Of a DNA stretch of 64,000 bases, positions 53,017 to 63,530 are shown in pieces; position 1 is the stretch's first letter; each line of letters starts with the position of its first letter. The position numbers and the translations under genes were made by a program. This DNA is from Ignavibacteriota bacterium (GTDB lineage: Bacteria > Bacteroidota > Ignavibacteria > UBA10030). Under the pieces are notes generated by a model that saw only the letters and a program-made list of their open reading frames with translations, was not told the DNA's origin and ran no database searches. Location of the stretch: contig CAVSHO010000009.1 in assembly GCA_963727825.1 (NCBI GenBank), forward strand, positions 256,001-320,000, given 5' to 3'.

Positions 53017-55056
53017 TTACCAAATTTTCACACGGACGCTGTCTGCACGCCACATCGCATCGCCTTGTTTTATTCCGAAAGTCGTATAAAATTCCGGCAT
53101 ATTAGACAATGGACCAATAACGCGGAATTTAGCTGGCGAATGTTCATTACTTCGCACTTGATTGGCAATCGCTTCGGGACGATCGTCCACCATCCAGGCA
53201 AATGCATAACCAAGGAAAAAGCGCTGGTCAGGATTCAATCCGGAAATGATTTCATGGTTCCTGTATTGATTGGTTTTCTTAAATGCCTCATACCCCATCA
53301 TAATGCCGCCAAGGTCAGCAATGTTTTCACCTTGTGTCAGATCGCCATTAATGTGCAGGCTATCCACTGCAACATATTCATTAAACTGCTGAACAATCAT
53401 TTTTGTTTTCGTAAAAAATTTTATACTGTCGTCGGATGTCCACCAATTTTCTAAATCGCCTTGTTCATTGTATTTGCTTCCTTGGTCATCAAATCCGTGA
53501 GTGATCTCGTGCCCAAATGTGGAACCGCCTATCACAGAATAGAGCAATGCATCGTCAGCAAGTGTGCGTTCGTATCCCGGAAGAATAATATTACAGCCGG
53601 GTACAACGATTTCATTGTTGGATGGATTGTAATAGGCATTGTAGGTTTGCGGTTCCATGTCCCATTCAGATCTATCAACCGGTTTGCCGTACTTTGCAAC
53701 CATATAATTAAATTCCCATCGATTTGCATTCATTCCATTCCTTACATACGAAGATCGATCAATTTGCATACTGCTGAGATCTTTCCACTTATCAGGATAA
53801 CCGACTTTCATAACAATAGTATTGAGTTTGCTCAGCGCCTTTACTTTTGTTGTTTCGCTCATCCAATCTAATTTTTTTATCCGTTCAGCATACACTTCTT
53901 TGATGGCATTTCCAATCTCCTGCAATTTTGCTTTTGTTCCACTCGGTAAATATTCAGACACATACACTTGTCCAAGCAATTCGCCTAAGGAGCGATCGGT
54001 TTGCCCTACTACACGTTTCCACCGCGGTTTGGGTTCCTGCACGCCCCGCAGAATTGTGGAATAAAAATTGAAGGATTCTAGATACGTTTTATCATCTAAG
54101 TAACTCGCAAGACCGCGCACGAAATGATACTTGAGATAATTCTTCCAATCGTCTAAGGGAAATGATTTGAGATATCCATTCATTGCGGTAAGAAATTCCG
54201 GCTGACCAACCACAACCGTATCCACAGCGTGCAAACCCACACCTTCTGTAAATATTATCCAGTCGATATTCGGCGTAGATTCGGTTAATTGTTTGAAAGA
54301 TATTTTATTGTAATTCTTCAAAGGATCGCGAGTGTCTTCACGCTTGCGAGATGTTTTCGCGATCGCGGTTTCTAACTTCATTAGATTGTCAGCGGTTTGC
54401 ATCGCTTTGGCATCATCATACCCAATGATCTTGAACATGATATTAAGATGTTCAACAAATTTCCGGCGTACCATCACCGCTTGTGCATCAGTATCGAAAT
54501 AATAATTACGATCCGGCAAGCTTAATCCACCTTGCGCAATAAAGACTGCATACTTGCTGCTGATTTTATCATCCTGCCCTACGCCAAATTCAAACAAAGG
54601 AGATCCGGCAACAGTATGTATATATGCCGCCGCTTTCACAACGCCATCCATATCTTTGATAGCGTCAATCATTCCAATATCCTTTTTCAAATCAGCAATT
54701 CCTTTCTTATTAAGCGAAACACTGTCCATGCCAGTATAAAAGAAATCACCGATCTTTTGCTTGTTGCTTCCTTTTTCAGCGTTGATGAGAGAAGCAGAAG
54801 ATTCGCATATAGTGCGTATCTGGGCGTTGATGGTATCCTGTACCAATTGCCATATTCCGTTGTTCTGTTCGCTGGCGGGAATCGGGTTTTCTTTAAACCA
54901 TTTCCCATTGGCAAACAGAAAGAAATCATCTCCAGGCTTTACAGTGGAATCGATGTGCGCGACTAACGGATCTGTTGGAACTTTGAACTGACCGAAAGAG
55001 AATGGAAAACAGAATGCCAAAATAACAAATAATGTAATGACGCTGCTTTTTTTCAT
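53017..55056 (-). CDS. M13-family zinc endopeptidase (PepO/neprilysin-like)
   Basis: VKPGDDFF, NAYYNP, GHEITHGFDDQG, GENIADLGG, HSPAKFRV; signal peptide. Confidence 0.95.
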   Translation of the reverse strand: MKKSSVITLFVILAFCFPFSFGQFKVPTDPLVAHIDSTVKPGDDFFLFANGKWFKENPIPASEQNNGIWQLVQDTINAQIRTICESSASLINAEKGSNKQKIGDFFYTGMDSVSLNKKGIADLKKDIGMIDAIKDMDGVVKAAAYIHTVAGSPLFEFGVGQDDKISSKYAVFIAQGGLSLPDRNYYFDTDAQAVMVRRKFVEHLNIMFKIIGYDDAKAMQTADNLMKLETAIAKTSRKREDTRDPLKNYNKISFKQLTESTPNIDWIIFTEGVGLHAVDTVVVGQPEFLTAMNGYLKSFPLDDWKNYLKYHFVRGLASYLDDKTYLESFNFYSTILRGVQEPKPRWKRVVGQTDRSLGELLGQVYVSEYLPSGTKAKLQEIGNAIKEVYAERIKKLDWMSETTKVKALSKLNTIVMKVGYPDKWKDLSSMQIDRSSYVRNGMNANRWEFNYMVAKYGKPVDRSEWDMEPQTYNAYYNPSNNEIVVPGCNIILPGYERTLADDALLYSVIGGSTFGHEITHGFDDQGSKYNEQGDLENWWTSDDSIKFFTKTKMIVQQFNEYVAVDSLHINGDLTQGENIADLGGIMMGYEAFKKTNQYRNHEIISGLNPDQRFFLGYAFAWMVDDRPEAIANQVRSNEHSPAKFRVIGPLSNMPEFYTTFGIKQGDAMWRADSVRVKIW

Positions 55057-55209
55057 CGCACACTCCTTCAAAGAGTTATTTATTGATGAACAGTATTTAA
55101 TCTAATCAAACTAAATTTTGCAGAAATAGAAATAAAAAAAAGAGATCGAATTTATTCTATAAATTAAGGAGATATACTTGGCAACATTATCCCAAATTAT
55201 GCATTAGCT

Positions 55210-55299
55210 TGTAGAGTCCCCGCCTGCGTCGGGCAGGCGATCACCAGATCGGACAATGATGTTAACATTGTTTCATCCAGTCGGTGACTGGATTCTACA
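55210..55299. repeat. Third REP doublet, inverted relative to 35281-35339, with a nested 19-bp palindrome
   Basis: tgtagagtcc[ccgcctgcgtcgggcaggc]gatc-acca-gatcggac ... atccagtc-ggt-gactggattctaca. Confidence 0.75.
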
Positions 55300-55530
55300 C
55301 CAAATCGGTTATCATTCACCTTTCCCATATTCTATCATTTCAATAACATATGCCCCTCTTTTATTTCTAATGAATGGTTTGGGATTATTTGTTATCACCA
55401 CAATCCTTAATGCGTTACTCATTCATTAACAATTGCGGAAAAAATTGATATAAACAGATTGAATTGTTGCGACGAATGCGAGCGTATAGTAAGATAAGTG
55501 CTAATCTCTTTACGATAGGATTTTTTAAAT

Positions 55531-55568
55531 TAACGAAGGCAGTTCTAATTTCAAAACCGCCTTCGTTA
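55531..55568 (-). terminator. Terminator after the T9SS protein
   Basis: taacgaaggc...gccttcgtta 10-bp stem. Confidence 0.6.
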
Positions 55569-55594
55569 GCAATATTCTTTTATTCAACAAGCGA

Positions 55595-57483
55595 TTATTT
55601 CATCAGTATCATTTTCCTAGTTTCACTGAACGATCCTGATTGCATCTTACAGAAGTAAACACCACTGCCAAAGTTGGCAGCATTCCATGTCGCAGAATAT
55701 GAACCTGCCTGCTTGAATTCATTGACCAGTGTTGTTACTTCTCTGCCTAAGAGATCATATATCTTCACCGATACAACTCCAGCTTTTGAAATCTCATAAG
55801 TGAAGCTTGTGCTCGGATTGAAAGGATTCGGATAGTTCTGATTAAGAGCAAACTTGTCGGGAATACCAGATCCGTTGTTCGAGACTGATGTAAGCACTGA
55901 TCCAAAATTCCACATATTACTGCCTACAATTTTTCCATCAGAAGCAGCGGTCTTCAAATTAAGACCAGCATTATAGCTGCAATCGAGCCAATCCAGAACA
56001 GAGTCCATTCGCATGCGATTGAAATCATACGGCCATCTACTGATAAGCATTATATTTCGTTACGAATTGAGTTAATGGTCCACCCGCCACAGTTAGAGAG
56101 CCACCGCCAAAGAATGCTACCGGCTTACTGGCATTTTTAATTTTTCCTCCACCAGCTCCAACAGCACTATCTATCGCTAGAGTTGTGGGCCTATAACCAG
56201 CCGCCATAGGAGAAAAATACCATCTGACAAATTTTGATGGGAACAGCGGCACATTATTAAACGCAATCTTAATTTTTGTAAATGCCGTTGTTGCATTTCC
56301 GCCATTTGCATTAAGCTGTCTTTGGATATCCGAGGTCATAATAGGCTCAGGTGCAGACGACCCGTAAAGTACGTGATGGAGACCAACACCAGTTTCGAAA
56401 TCACGAACAGCTTTTCCTGAATCTGAAACATAATAATAATTATTGGATATAACCCAGGGAGTAATATGGGTTGTTTTATTCGGTTTGGTAATAATCCAGC
56501 AACACTTACCGATGCCATTAATATCTAAATCAGGGTTATCTATCATTTCGCCTTGACGAGTCCAATCAGTATCTGGTCCCAGAGCATAATTATCAACGAA
56601 TAAATTATCTTTTATTTCAAACGGGCCTGCTCCAAGAGAGTCAATCTGTGTTAATGTTATAAATCCATGATAGCTTATGCAATCTACAACTGTGTTATGG
56701 TTAAATTTGAAACTATAGACAGGCTGTGTAGCAGTCAGATATCTGACTACGCGGTCGACAACATTATATATAGTGTTATCTTGCATATCTACTGTATCTG
56801 TCCCAACGGAGTTCAGATTAACCACTCTGCCTGCTCCAAGGTTCGTAAGCCACAAATTTCCACAATCACCAAAAATGGAATGCCGAATACGAACTACTTG
56901 TATTGTTGTCATTGATCTTCCTGCAATATTTACGCCTGTAGTCGCGCCTAGAGAAGACACAGCTATCAAGATAGACACTACCCGTGGATCCAGCAACAAA
57001 TGAAATGTAATTGACATTTTGTTTATCAAGATTAGTCGGAGAATTTAATGCGTCGTACCCGGCTATTGCCACATTTTTTATGCAGATGGTATCGTTCGTC
57101 GAAGTTACAATGAAGAAACTTGTGCTTGCCGTTGAAGATTGAAGAATCGGCTTATAATCAGAAGTTGCAGTACTGGGTATAGTATAATTTTTACCGTACT
57201 CTCCACGGATGAGAAGTTTCCTATTTGCAACATTCAATGAACAGGCTGACGTCCAGTCGTAATGTCCACCTGCCTTTAAAACATAAACACGGGTATGATT
57301 TGCCCAAGATGCCTGATGAGCAACTGTATCTGCAAAAATATATTGAGGTAAATTTGATCCGTCGGGCACCATTGCCGTATCTTCAACTGTCGGCCATGCC
57401 AAGTAATACGAAGTCTGGCCCAGAGCTACTAGCGGGCAGAGTAATAATAGCGCCAGTCCAAGACTGTAGAGAGAGAATTTCAT
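55595..57483 (-). CDS. Secreted beta-rich protein with T9SS type A sorting domain (frameshifts near 56040 and 56950)
   Basis: AAGGAG RBS, signal peptide, RVYVLKAGGHY, beta-helix-like DNTIYN/HNTVVD repeats, NQNYPNPFNPST...KMILMK; three ORF pieces. Confidence 0.8.
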
Positions 57484-57539
57484 AATGTACTCCTTAATTA
57501 ATTATGAAAAGATTGGTTAATTGAATGAATTATTGTTTT

Positions 57540-60500
57540 TTATAGCAATACACGTACTCCAAAATCAAGAGTTCTTCCGTATAAATATGATTGAGTAGGA
57601 AGATATCCCCAATTAAACATATTATTATATCGATATCTGGTTTCTGGTTTGTTGAAAAGATTATCAATGTTAAGAACTAATGAAATTTTCTGTGTCACTT
57701 GCTCCTTTAAAGCAAGATCCCATTTAATGAATTCACCAACGATGGCATCGCTTGTTCCATCTACAGAATATAATCTTGTATATCTACCCTGATAGAACAC
57801 CGAAATTCTCGCTGAAAAGCCTCCTATATCATAACCCAAGGCGGCATTACCATAGAGTTGTGGCTGATCTTCCATTGGCTTCTTCACTAATATCACAGTA
57901 TGATCCAAGTAAGATGTGTACGATGAGTCTTGAGTTAATTTACCTTTTGCGTTGTACTGTGCAGCATTAAACTGAGTATCTACAACAGCTTTTTCCATAA
58001 AGAAATATGTCTCGGAACGTGCGATTTGAATATTGTATGTTAATGTAAAGTTTTGCAGCCACTTTACCGGTAGAAAACGGAAGTTTAATTGGTGTTCAAG
58101 TTCAAAACCCCAAGCATATGAAGGATTGGGGGAAGAATATGGCGCAGTAATAGAAAAGTTAATGTCATTATGTAAAAGATTAGCAAATGCAGGCGTATTA
58201 AGCCATTCCGATAATTGAAATTGGGGAATCAAATCATCTAAACGATGATATCCGGCATCCGAAAGCGGCACCTGCACACCATTTACAATCATTGTTTGAT
58301 TTGGATTATTTGCCGGCCATTCAACCTTGGCTGCATTTATTTGTTGAAACAAGTTATCTATGCGCTTGTAATACGCAGAAACAGTTAATAAACCGAGGTT
58401 ATTACCAAATATTTGCACACCTGTTTCAAAATTATTAGCCGTTGCATCTGCTAACTGAGGATTCCCAACAGTAATATTCGTATAAGTACCGCCATGCCCC
58501 CCTCCGCCAGGAGCTCCGGTCTTTGTAACATCAAGTTGAGGCAAACGCCAGCTAAAATCAGGCCTTGCCACAGCTTGATATGCAGCAAACCGTAAAGTTA
58601 GGAAATCGGTAGGTCTTAAAGTTAACTGTAAATTGGGGAACCATAACGTCTTTTCATAAGTGGTCGATGTATCTACTACGGAAGCTGGATTGATAGTTAT
58701 TACATTTCCTGTTCCGGCTGCACCATTGGTGCCATAATGAGCCAAGTAATCATTCCGTTCTCTTTCCATTCGCACACCAAATTCCATAGCTATAGACCCG
58801 CCAATACTTATATTATCCATAAGATAGGCAGAAGAAATCCGTTCAGTAATAAAATAATTACTCAACGCCATTGCACCAATATCACCATAATTGATTTGAG
58901 CTGTGAATATAGAATTTTGAACCATATTTTGGAACATCTGGTATTTGCCGACATCAATAAGCGGTGACAATGTATAAGTACCTAAGAGGGTTCTAGTTGG
59001 AATATTTGCCATATCGACGAAATCAGATAGCTTGACATGCGAGTTTGTACCGGCAAAAGGTGTTCCGCTAAAATCAATAGGATGACCTTGCGCATCAAGG
59101 AATGGTGCATCCTGATATGTGTTCCAAGCCATACCATCATTATCTAACCATCTCGATTTTTCTTTATATTTGACACCAACTTTTATTTCGTTTGAGAATA
59201 CATCCCAAAACGTCACACTCTTCGTAAGACCGAATTGACCAGTGAGCTCTTTATCAAAATTTTCCGTTTTGTATGTGTCCATGCTATCAAGAGCGACTTT
59301 TGTAAAATCATTATTAGCTCCCGCATCGAATTGTTCTGGGTTTTCTTTTATCGGGTTAGGTGGATTACTATTACCAGCGCCGTAAAATATTGTACGAAAA
59401 TTGGTTGGATTTGTGACTTTGGATTCCGCATAAGATCCATTCCAATCTATTGTCAAGCCCAATAAATAGTTTTTCCCTTGCAAGGATCCATTGCGTGTGA
59501 CCATATTCTGATCTACATTCTGATAATCGTAGATCCATGTCCCTGAATATTGCCTCTCATAAGTCATATAATTTCTATTTGTAAAAGCATAGATGCCGGT
59601 TAATTTAACTGATCCACTATCGGGTGTATTGACATCAAGAGCGGCTTGCATACCGTTTCTTTTACGCATCTCATTTGTAAATTGTCGTGTAGATGCTTTA
59701 ATAGAATAATCGTTGTCATACTCTTCAATGTTATATGTTCCATAAGTTGGTAGATCTGGATTATCCGTTGTGTTATACGATGTTGCAACATTCTCTTGGC
59801 TTCGTATTTTTTTCTCAACATTCCCCTCTAACCGTACTCCAAGAATATCATTGAAGAATCGTTCTCCATAGCGAGCGCTGGCATCATATTGATTAGCTGA
59901 TTTCATAAGATAATTATAACTGCCTTTTACATCGGTTTGCAACAACATTTCACTGGGTGCTTTTCTTGTTACTAAGTTAATACCACCGGCAATAGCGTCT
60001 GCATCTTGATCAGGTGTTAAGGTTTTATATAACTCAATACCCGCAAGAGTTCCTTGAGATATCATACTAAGATCAACGTCTCTCGAATTTGGATCCGTCG
60101 GCGGAATTTTAACTCCATCAATTGTAATATTACTAAACTTCGAACTCAGTCCACGCAATACAACACCAGTAGCCTCACCACCACTACGCGTTAAGGCAAC
60201 ACCCGGCAAACGCCCAATTGCTTCTGCTGCATTGGCATCCGGGAGTTCCTGAATTTTTTCTTCTGAAACAACGTTTACAATGGAGTTAGACGTAATTTGC
60301 TGGTTGATTGCAGCAAGTTGACCTTTCATCTGAGCGGTGACGACAACCTCTTCACCTTGGATAACTGTTGGCTTTAATTGGAATTTTCTTGATACATTCT
60401 GCGATTTGGAAAAATCTATATTGGTGATTAATGGCTCATAACCAACACATGATATCTTTACATCAAAGGCACGTTCAGGGATTCCGAATATTAGAAACTT

Positions 60501-60686
60501 ACCATCGATGTCCGTCGCTGCACCAATGGATGTGCCTTGTATAGTCACGTTTACCCCAATTAACGGCTCATTACTTGAAGTATCCACTACGATACCTTTT
60601 AAGGTTGCCTGTCCATAAACAATTATTGGTACAAATAGAGAGAGAAAAAGAATCATTTTCATGGAAGATAATATTCGCATAAGCAT
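57540..60686 (-). CDS. TonB-dependent receptor with N-terminal carboxypeptidase-regulatory-like domain
   Basis: EPLIGVNV...GAATDIDG, ELPDANAAEAIGRLPGV, PDQDADAIAG, YGRTLDFGVRVLL. Confidence 0.92.
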   Translation of the reverse strand: MLMRILSSMKMILFLSLFVPIIVYGQATLKGIVVDTSSNEPLIGVNVTIQGTSIGAATDIDGKFLIFGIPERAFDVKISCVGYEPLITNIDFSKSQNVSRKFQLKPTVIQGEEVVVTAQMKGQLAAINQQITSNSIVNVVSEEKIQELPDANAAEAIGRLPGVALTRSGGEATGVVLRGLSSKFSNITIDGVKIPPTDPNSRDVDLSMISQGTLAGIELYKTLTPDQDADAIAGGINLVTRKAPSEMLLQTDVKGSYNYLMKSANQYDASARYGERFFNDILGVRLEGNVEKKIRSQENVATSYNTTDNPDLPTYGTYNIEEYDNDYSIKASTRQFTNEMRKRNGMQAALDVNTPDSGSVKLTGIYAFTNRNYMTYERQYSGTWIYDYQNVDQNMVTRNGSLQGKNYLLGLTIDWNGSYAESKVTNPTNFRTIFYGAGNSNPPNPIKENPEQFDAGANNDFTKVALDSMDTYKTENFDKELTGQFGLTKSVTFWDVFSNEIKVGVKYKEKSRWLDNDGMAWNTYQDAPFLDAQGHPIDFSGTPFAGTNSHVKLSDFVDMANIPTRTLLGTYTLSPLIDVGKYQMFQNMVQNSIFTAQINYGDIGAMALSNYFITERISSAYLMDNISIGGSIAMEFGVRMERERNDYLAHYGTNGAAGTGNVITINPASVVDTSTTYEKTLWFPNLQLTLRPTDFLTLRFAAYQAVARPDFSWRLPQLDVTKTGAPGGGGHGGTYTNITVGNPQLADATANNFETGVQIFGNNLGLLTVSAYYKRIDNLFQQINAAKVEWPANNPNQTMIVNGVQVPLSDAGYHRLDDLIPQFQLSEWLNTPAFANLLHNDINFSITAPYSSPNPSYAWGFELEHQLNFRFLPVKWLQNFTLTYNIQIARSETYFFMEKAVVDTQFNAAQYNAKGKLTQDSSYTSYLDHTVILVKKPMEDQPQLYGNAALGYDIGGFSARISVFYQGRYTRLYSVDGTSDAIVGEFIKWDLALKEQVTQKISLVLNIDNLFNKPETRYRYNNMFNWGYLPTQSYLYGRTLDFGVRVLL

Positions 60687-60831
60687 ATTACTCCTTGTTT
60701 GGATTGAATTTAATTTGTTGTATGCGGTCTAAAATACTTTGAAGAAAAATAAATCGTTTCCAATATTGTGGTCGATACTACCATAAATGGAACTTAAGAG
60801 TTTCCAATAACATAGATTATTAAAATACTAT

Positions 60832-61584
60832 CTATTGTCCTTGTTTCTTTTTTGTACTTAATTGATTTTGTAGCATTTGTTCTGTGTGCTCTTCAGCAAT
60901 CTCAAGATGTCGTATCATTGCATTCCGTGCGCCCTTTGCATCTCGTTGCAGAATTGCGGCAAGAATTTTTTGATGCCACTCAACAGCTGATTGTTTCGCA
61001 TCTCCAACAGTAGCATATACAGATGATTTAATTTGAGGAATAAGTCTGTGTATTGGTTCGAGTATTAAAGGAATTATTGAATTTTCGGATGCTTTAGCAA
61101 CATCCAAATGAAAAAGCATATCGAGTCTTGAAAGCTCTTCATAATCGCCTTTACTTTGTACTAAATCGTTCTGATCCTTTTTCAACCTTTCAGCATCCTC
61201 ATCTGTGTAATGAAGCGCCGCCGCTGCTGCAATAGGAGGTTCAATAATCTGTCGGGCATGAACAACATCGAGAACATAACTACGTTCATGCTGCATCTCA
61301 AGGTAAAGGTGTATAGGATCAGTCACCGTTTGGGAAGATATGTTTTGAACAAATATCCCTTTGCCCTTCATTATTGTAATAAGACCACGTGCACTTAATG
61401 TTCGGAGAGCTTCACGAATTGCCGTCCGGCTTACACCAAATTGCTGGCAAAGTTCTAATTCTGATGGGAGTTTGGCGCCTGGCAATACTGCCTTTGTGCG
61501 TATAGCTTTTTCGATTTGAGATACCACAATGTTGCTAAGAAGGCTTCTTTTTCCAACAGATATGAATAATTTTTTAGTTTTCAT
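60832..61584 (-). CDS. GntR/FadR-family transcriptional regulator
   Basis: KLPSELELCQQFGVSRTAIREAL HTH, FCD domain (DMLFH, EWHQKI, MIRHL). Confidence 0.95.
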   Translation of the reverse strand: MKTKKLFISVGKRSLLSNIVVSQIEKAIRTKAVLPGAKLPSELELCQQFGVSRTAIREALRTLSARGLITIMKGKGIFVQNISSQTVTDPIHLYLEMQHERSYVLDVVHARQIIEPPIAAAAALHYTDEDAERLKKDQNDLVQSKGDYEELSRLDMLFHLDVAKASENSIIPLILEPIHRLIPQIKSSVYATVGDAKQSAVEWHQKILAAILQRDAKGARNAMIRHLEIAEEHTEQMLQNQLSTKKKQGQ

Positions 61585-61636
61585 CTTGTATGATATCTTA
61601 CAAGATGAATTTATATATTATTCATTAACCTGTCAA
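61580..61636 (-). promoter_or_regulatory. Promoter and palindromic operator of the GntR gene
   Basis: TTGACA-17-TAAATT; perfect 11-bp IR ttcatcttgta-tgatatct-tacaagatgaa at 61580-61609. Confidence 0.75.
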
Positions 61637-62031
61637 GCGAAATCCTTTCTTTTAGAGATCTGAACAAGGATCGTCCTTTAGAAAGGATGCTGTCGGATAA
61701 AAGTGTTGGAAAGAAACTGAAACAAATTAGGTCTGCTGAATCTTTCATAAGCTTTTGACAATGTTGCTGCAGCATGCTGTCGAGTTGGATGTGCATTTGG
61801 GAATTCCTCGATACTTGTAAAGAATGTACTTAAATGTTCGGGCTCTTTCCCAACTATGGAATTTTCTTGAGGAGACTGTTAACATTCGACATTGAATAAT
61901 CCTTCAATTCACCAGCATCGCTTCTGTCCAATTCGTTGTCGCTGAAAAACATTTCCGAATGTTTTCTGTACTTAAACGCAGGCAAGATTAAGAAGATAGT
62001 AAAAGGAATTTTTTGGATAGCTTCCTCGTAA

Positions 62032-63204
62032 TTACGATACAAACACTTTTGCTATATCAATAAGTATTGAGGGCTTATTCCATAATGCTATGCGAAATAT
62101 ACCGCCAACTGTCCGCTTATTTTCCGGTAGTGATAGCGCACTCTTGGCGATGTTGTTCAGCGTTTCGTCCGAGAAACTTGAAATTGCCTCTTTAATATTA
62201 TAGAATATTTCGTGCCGCCAGCCAAGACGTTTTTGCCAACGTTTTTCATACTCGGGCACCTGCGAAAGGTCGTTTTGTTTTATTGCTTCTGCTGCAACTT
62301 GTCCGGCAATCATCCCGCCTATCATCCCGCTTATTATGCCGCCGCCTGATGTCGGGTTCACTTGATGACCTGCATCGCCAACAAGCATAACATTATTTCT
62401 TACTAACGTGCCGCACGACTTGGCACATGGTACACCGCCGGCAATATGCGTTAGCACTGCTGCATGAGGATATTTACGCTCGACAAATTCATGCAAATAT
62501 CGTATAGCAGATTTTTTCTTTGCTTCTTCGACCGTAATTCCTAAGCCTACGTTAGCGGTTTTTTCCCCTTTCGGGAAAACCCAAACGTACCCGCCCGGTG
62601 AAATATTTTCGCCAAAGTAAAATTCCAAAAGATCCTGTTCGAAATTTATTCCAGAAATCGTCATCTGCGCACAACTTTCCATGTCATGAATGGAACACGC
62701 TGTATTTATTCCTGCCCACTTGCCGACACGTGTCTCTACACCATCCGCACCGACAACGATGCGCGAACGAATTTCGAAAGGTTTATCTTTAATAAGCGCC
62801 TTCACTCCAACAGCTTTGCCGGCATCATCTTTGAGAAGATCGTACACGTACGCTTTCGTAATGACTTCTGCGCCTTCATTTGCTGCTAACTTTGCCAATG
62901 CATAATCGAACAAGCGCCGCTCAAGAATATATGCCGTTCCATCGAGCCGCGGGATTACTGATTTTCCATTCGGCGCAACAAGACGAAAGTGAGTCACAGT
63001 TGCCGCAATCCATTTGGGATCAGGCTGAATAAATTGCACAACTCCTTCATGACTCACCGCTTCACCACATCGCACAGGATAACCGACATCGCGATCTTTC
63101 TCCAGCATAAGTACCGAAGCGCCGCCTGCTGCTGCAAACCGCGCCGCTGTTGAACCGGCAGGTCCGGCTCCTACAACTATTACATCATAATTTTTATTGA
63201 GCAT
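62032..63204 (-). CDS. Geranylgeranyl reductase family flavoprotein (archaeal DGGGPL reductase-like)
   Basis: YDVIVVGAGPAGS, VGYPVRCGEA, PGGYVWVFPKG, GDAGHQVNPTSGGGI. Confidence 0.85.
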   Translation of the reverse strand: MLNKNYDVIVVGAGPAGSTAARFAAAGGASVLMLEKDRDVGYPVRCGEAVSHEGVVQFIQPDPKWIAATVTHFRLVAPNGKSVIPRLDGTAYILERRLFDYALAKLAANEGAEVITKAYVYDLLKDDAGKAVGVKALIKDKPFEIRSRIVVGADGVETRVGKWAGINTACSIHDMESCAQMTISGINFEQDLLEFYFGENISPGGYVWVFPKGEKTANVGLGITVEEAKKKSAIRYLHEFVERKYPHAAVLTHIAGGVPCAKSCGTLVRNNVMLVGDAGHQVNPTSGGGIISGMIGGMIAGQVAAEAIKQNDLSQVPEYEKRWQKRLGWRHEIFYNIKEAISSFSDETLNNIAKSALSLPENKRTVGGIFRIALWNKPSILIDIAKVFVS

Positions 63205-63263
63205 TATTTTATTTCCAATCTCAATTTCTCAATTTCGGATTTTGTGAATTTTAATTTTCTCTT

Positions 63264-63515
63264 TCAACTTTTAATTTCATTCAAATACATTGGTTGAGTT
63301 TTGGATAACTCCCCGACTCCTTCACGATGAAATTCAATCACTTCCCACGGACAAGCCCACACACATTTGCAGCAATTTGTGCATCGTTCATCTATAATAG
63401 AGATACGCGATTCCATCAACTCGATCGCATCTTCAGGGCATACGCCCACACAACAACCGCAGTAATCGCATTTACCGGGTATTATATGAATCATCAATGG
63501 TGTATTTCGCGGCAT
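63264..63515 (-). CDS. 2x[4Fe-4S] ferredoxin
   Basis: CDYCGCCVGVCP and CTNCCKCVWACP. Confidence 0.88.
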   Translation of the reverse strand: MPRNTPLMIHIIPGKCDYCGCCVGVCPEDAIELMESRISIIDERCTNCCKCVWACPWEVIEFHREGVGELSKTQPMYLNEIKS

Positions 63516-63530
63516 ATGTATCTTTCTATT

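Noticed and set aside
61640-62042. Short ORFs between GGR and GntR (62 and 61 aa)
   Set aside because: No recognisable domain; may be a gene remnant but cannot be supported from sequence alone
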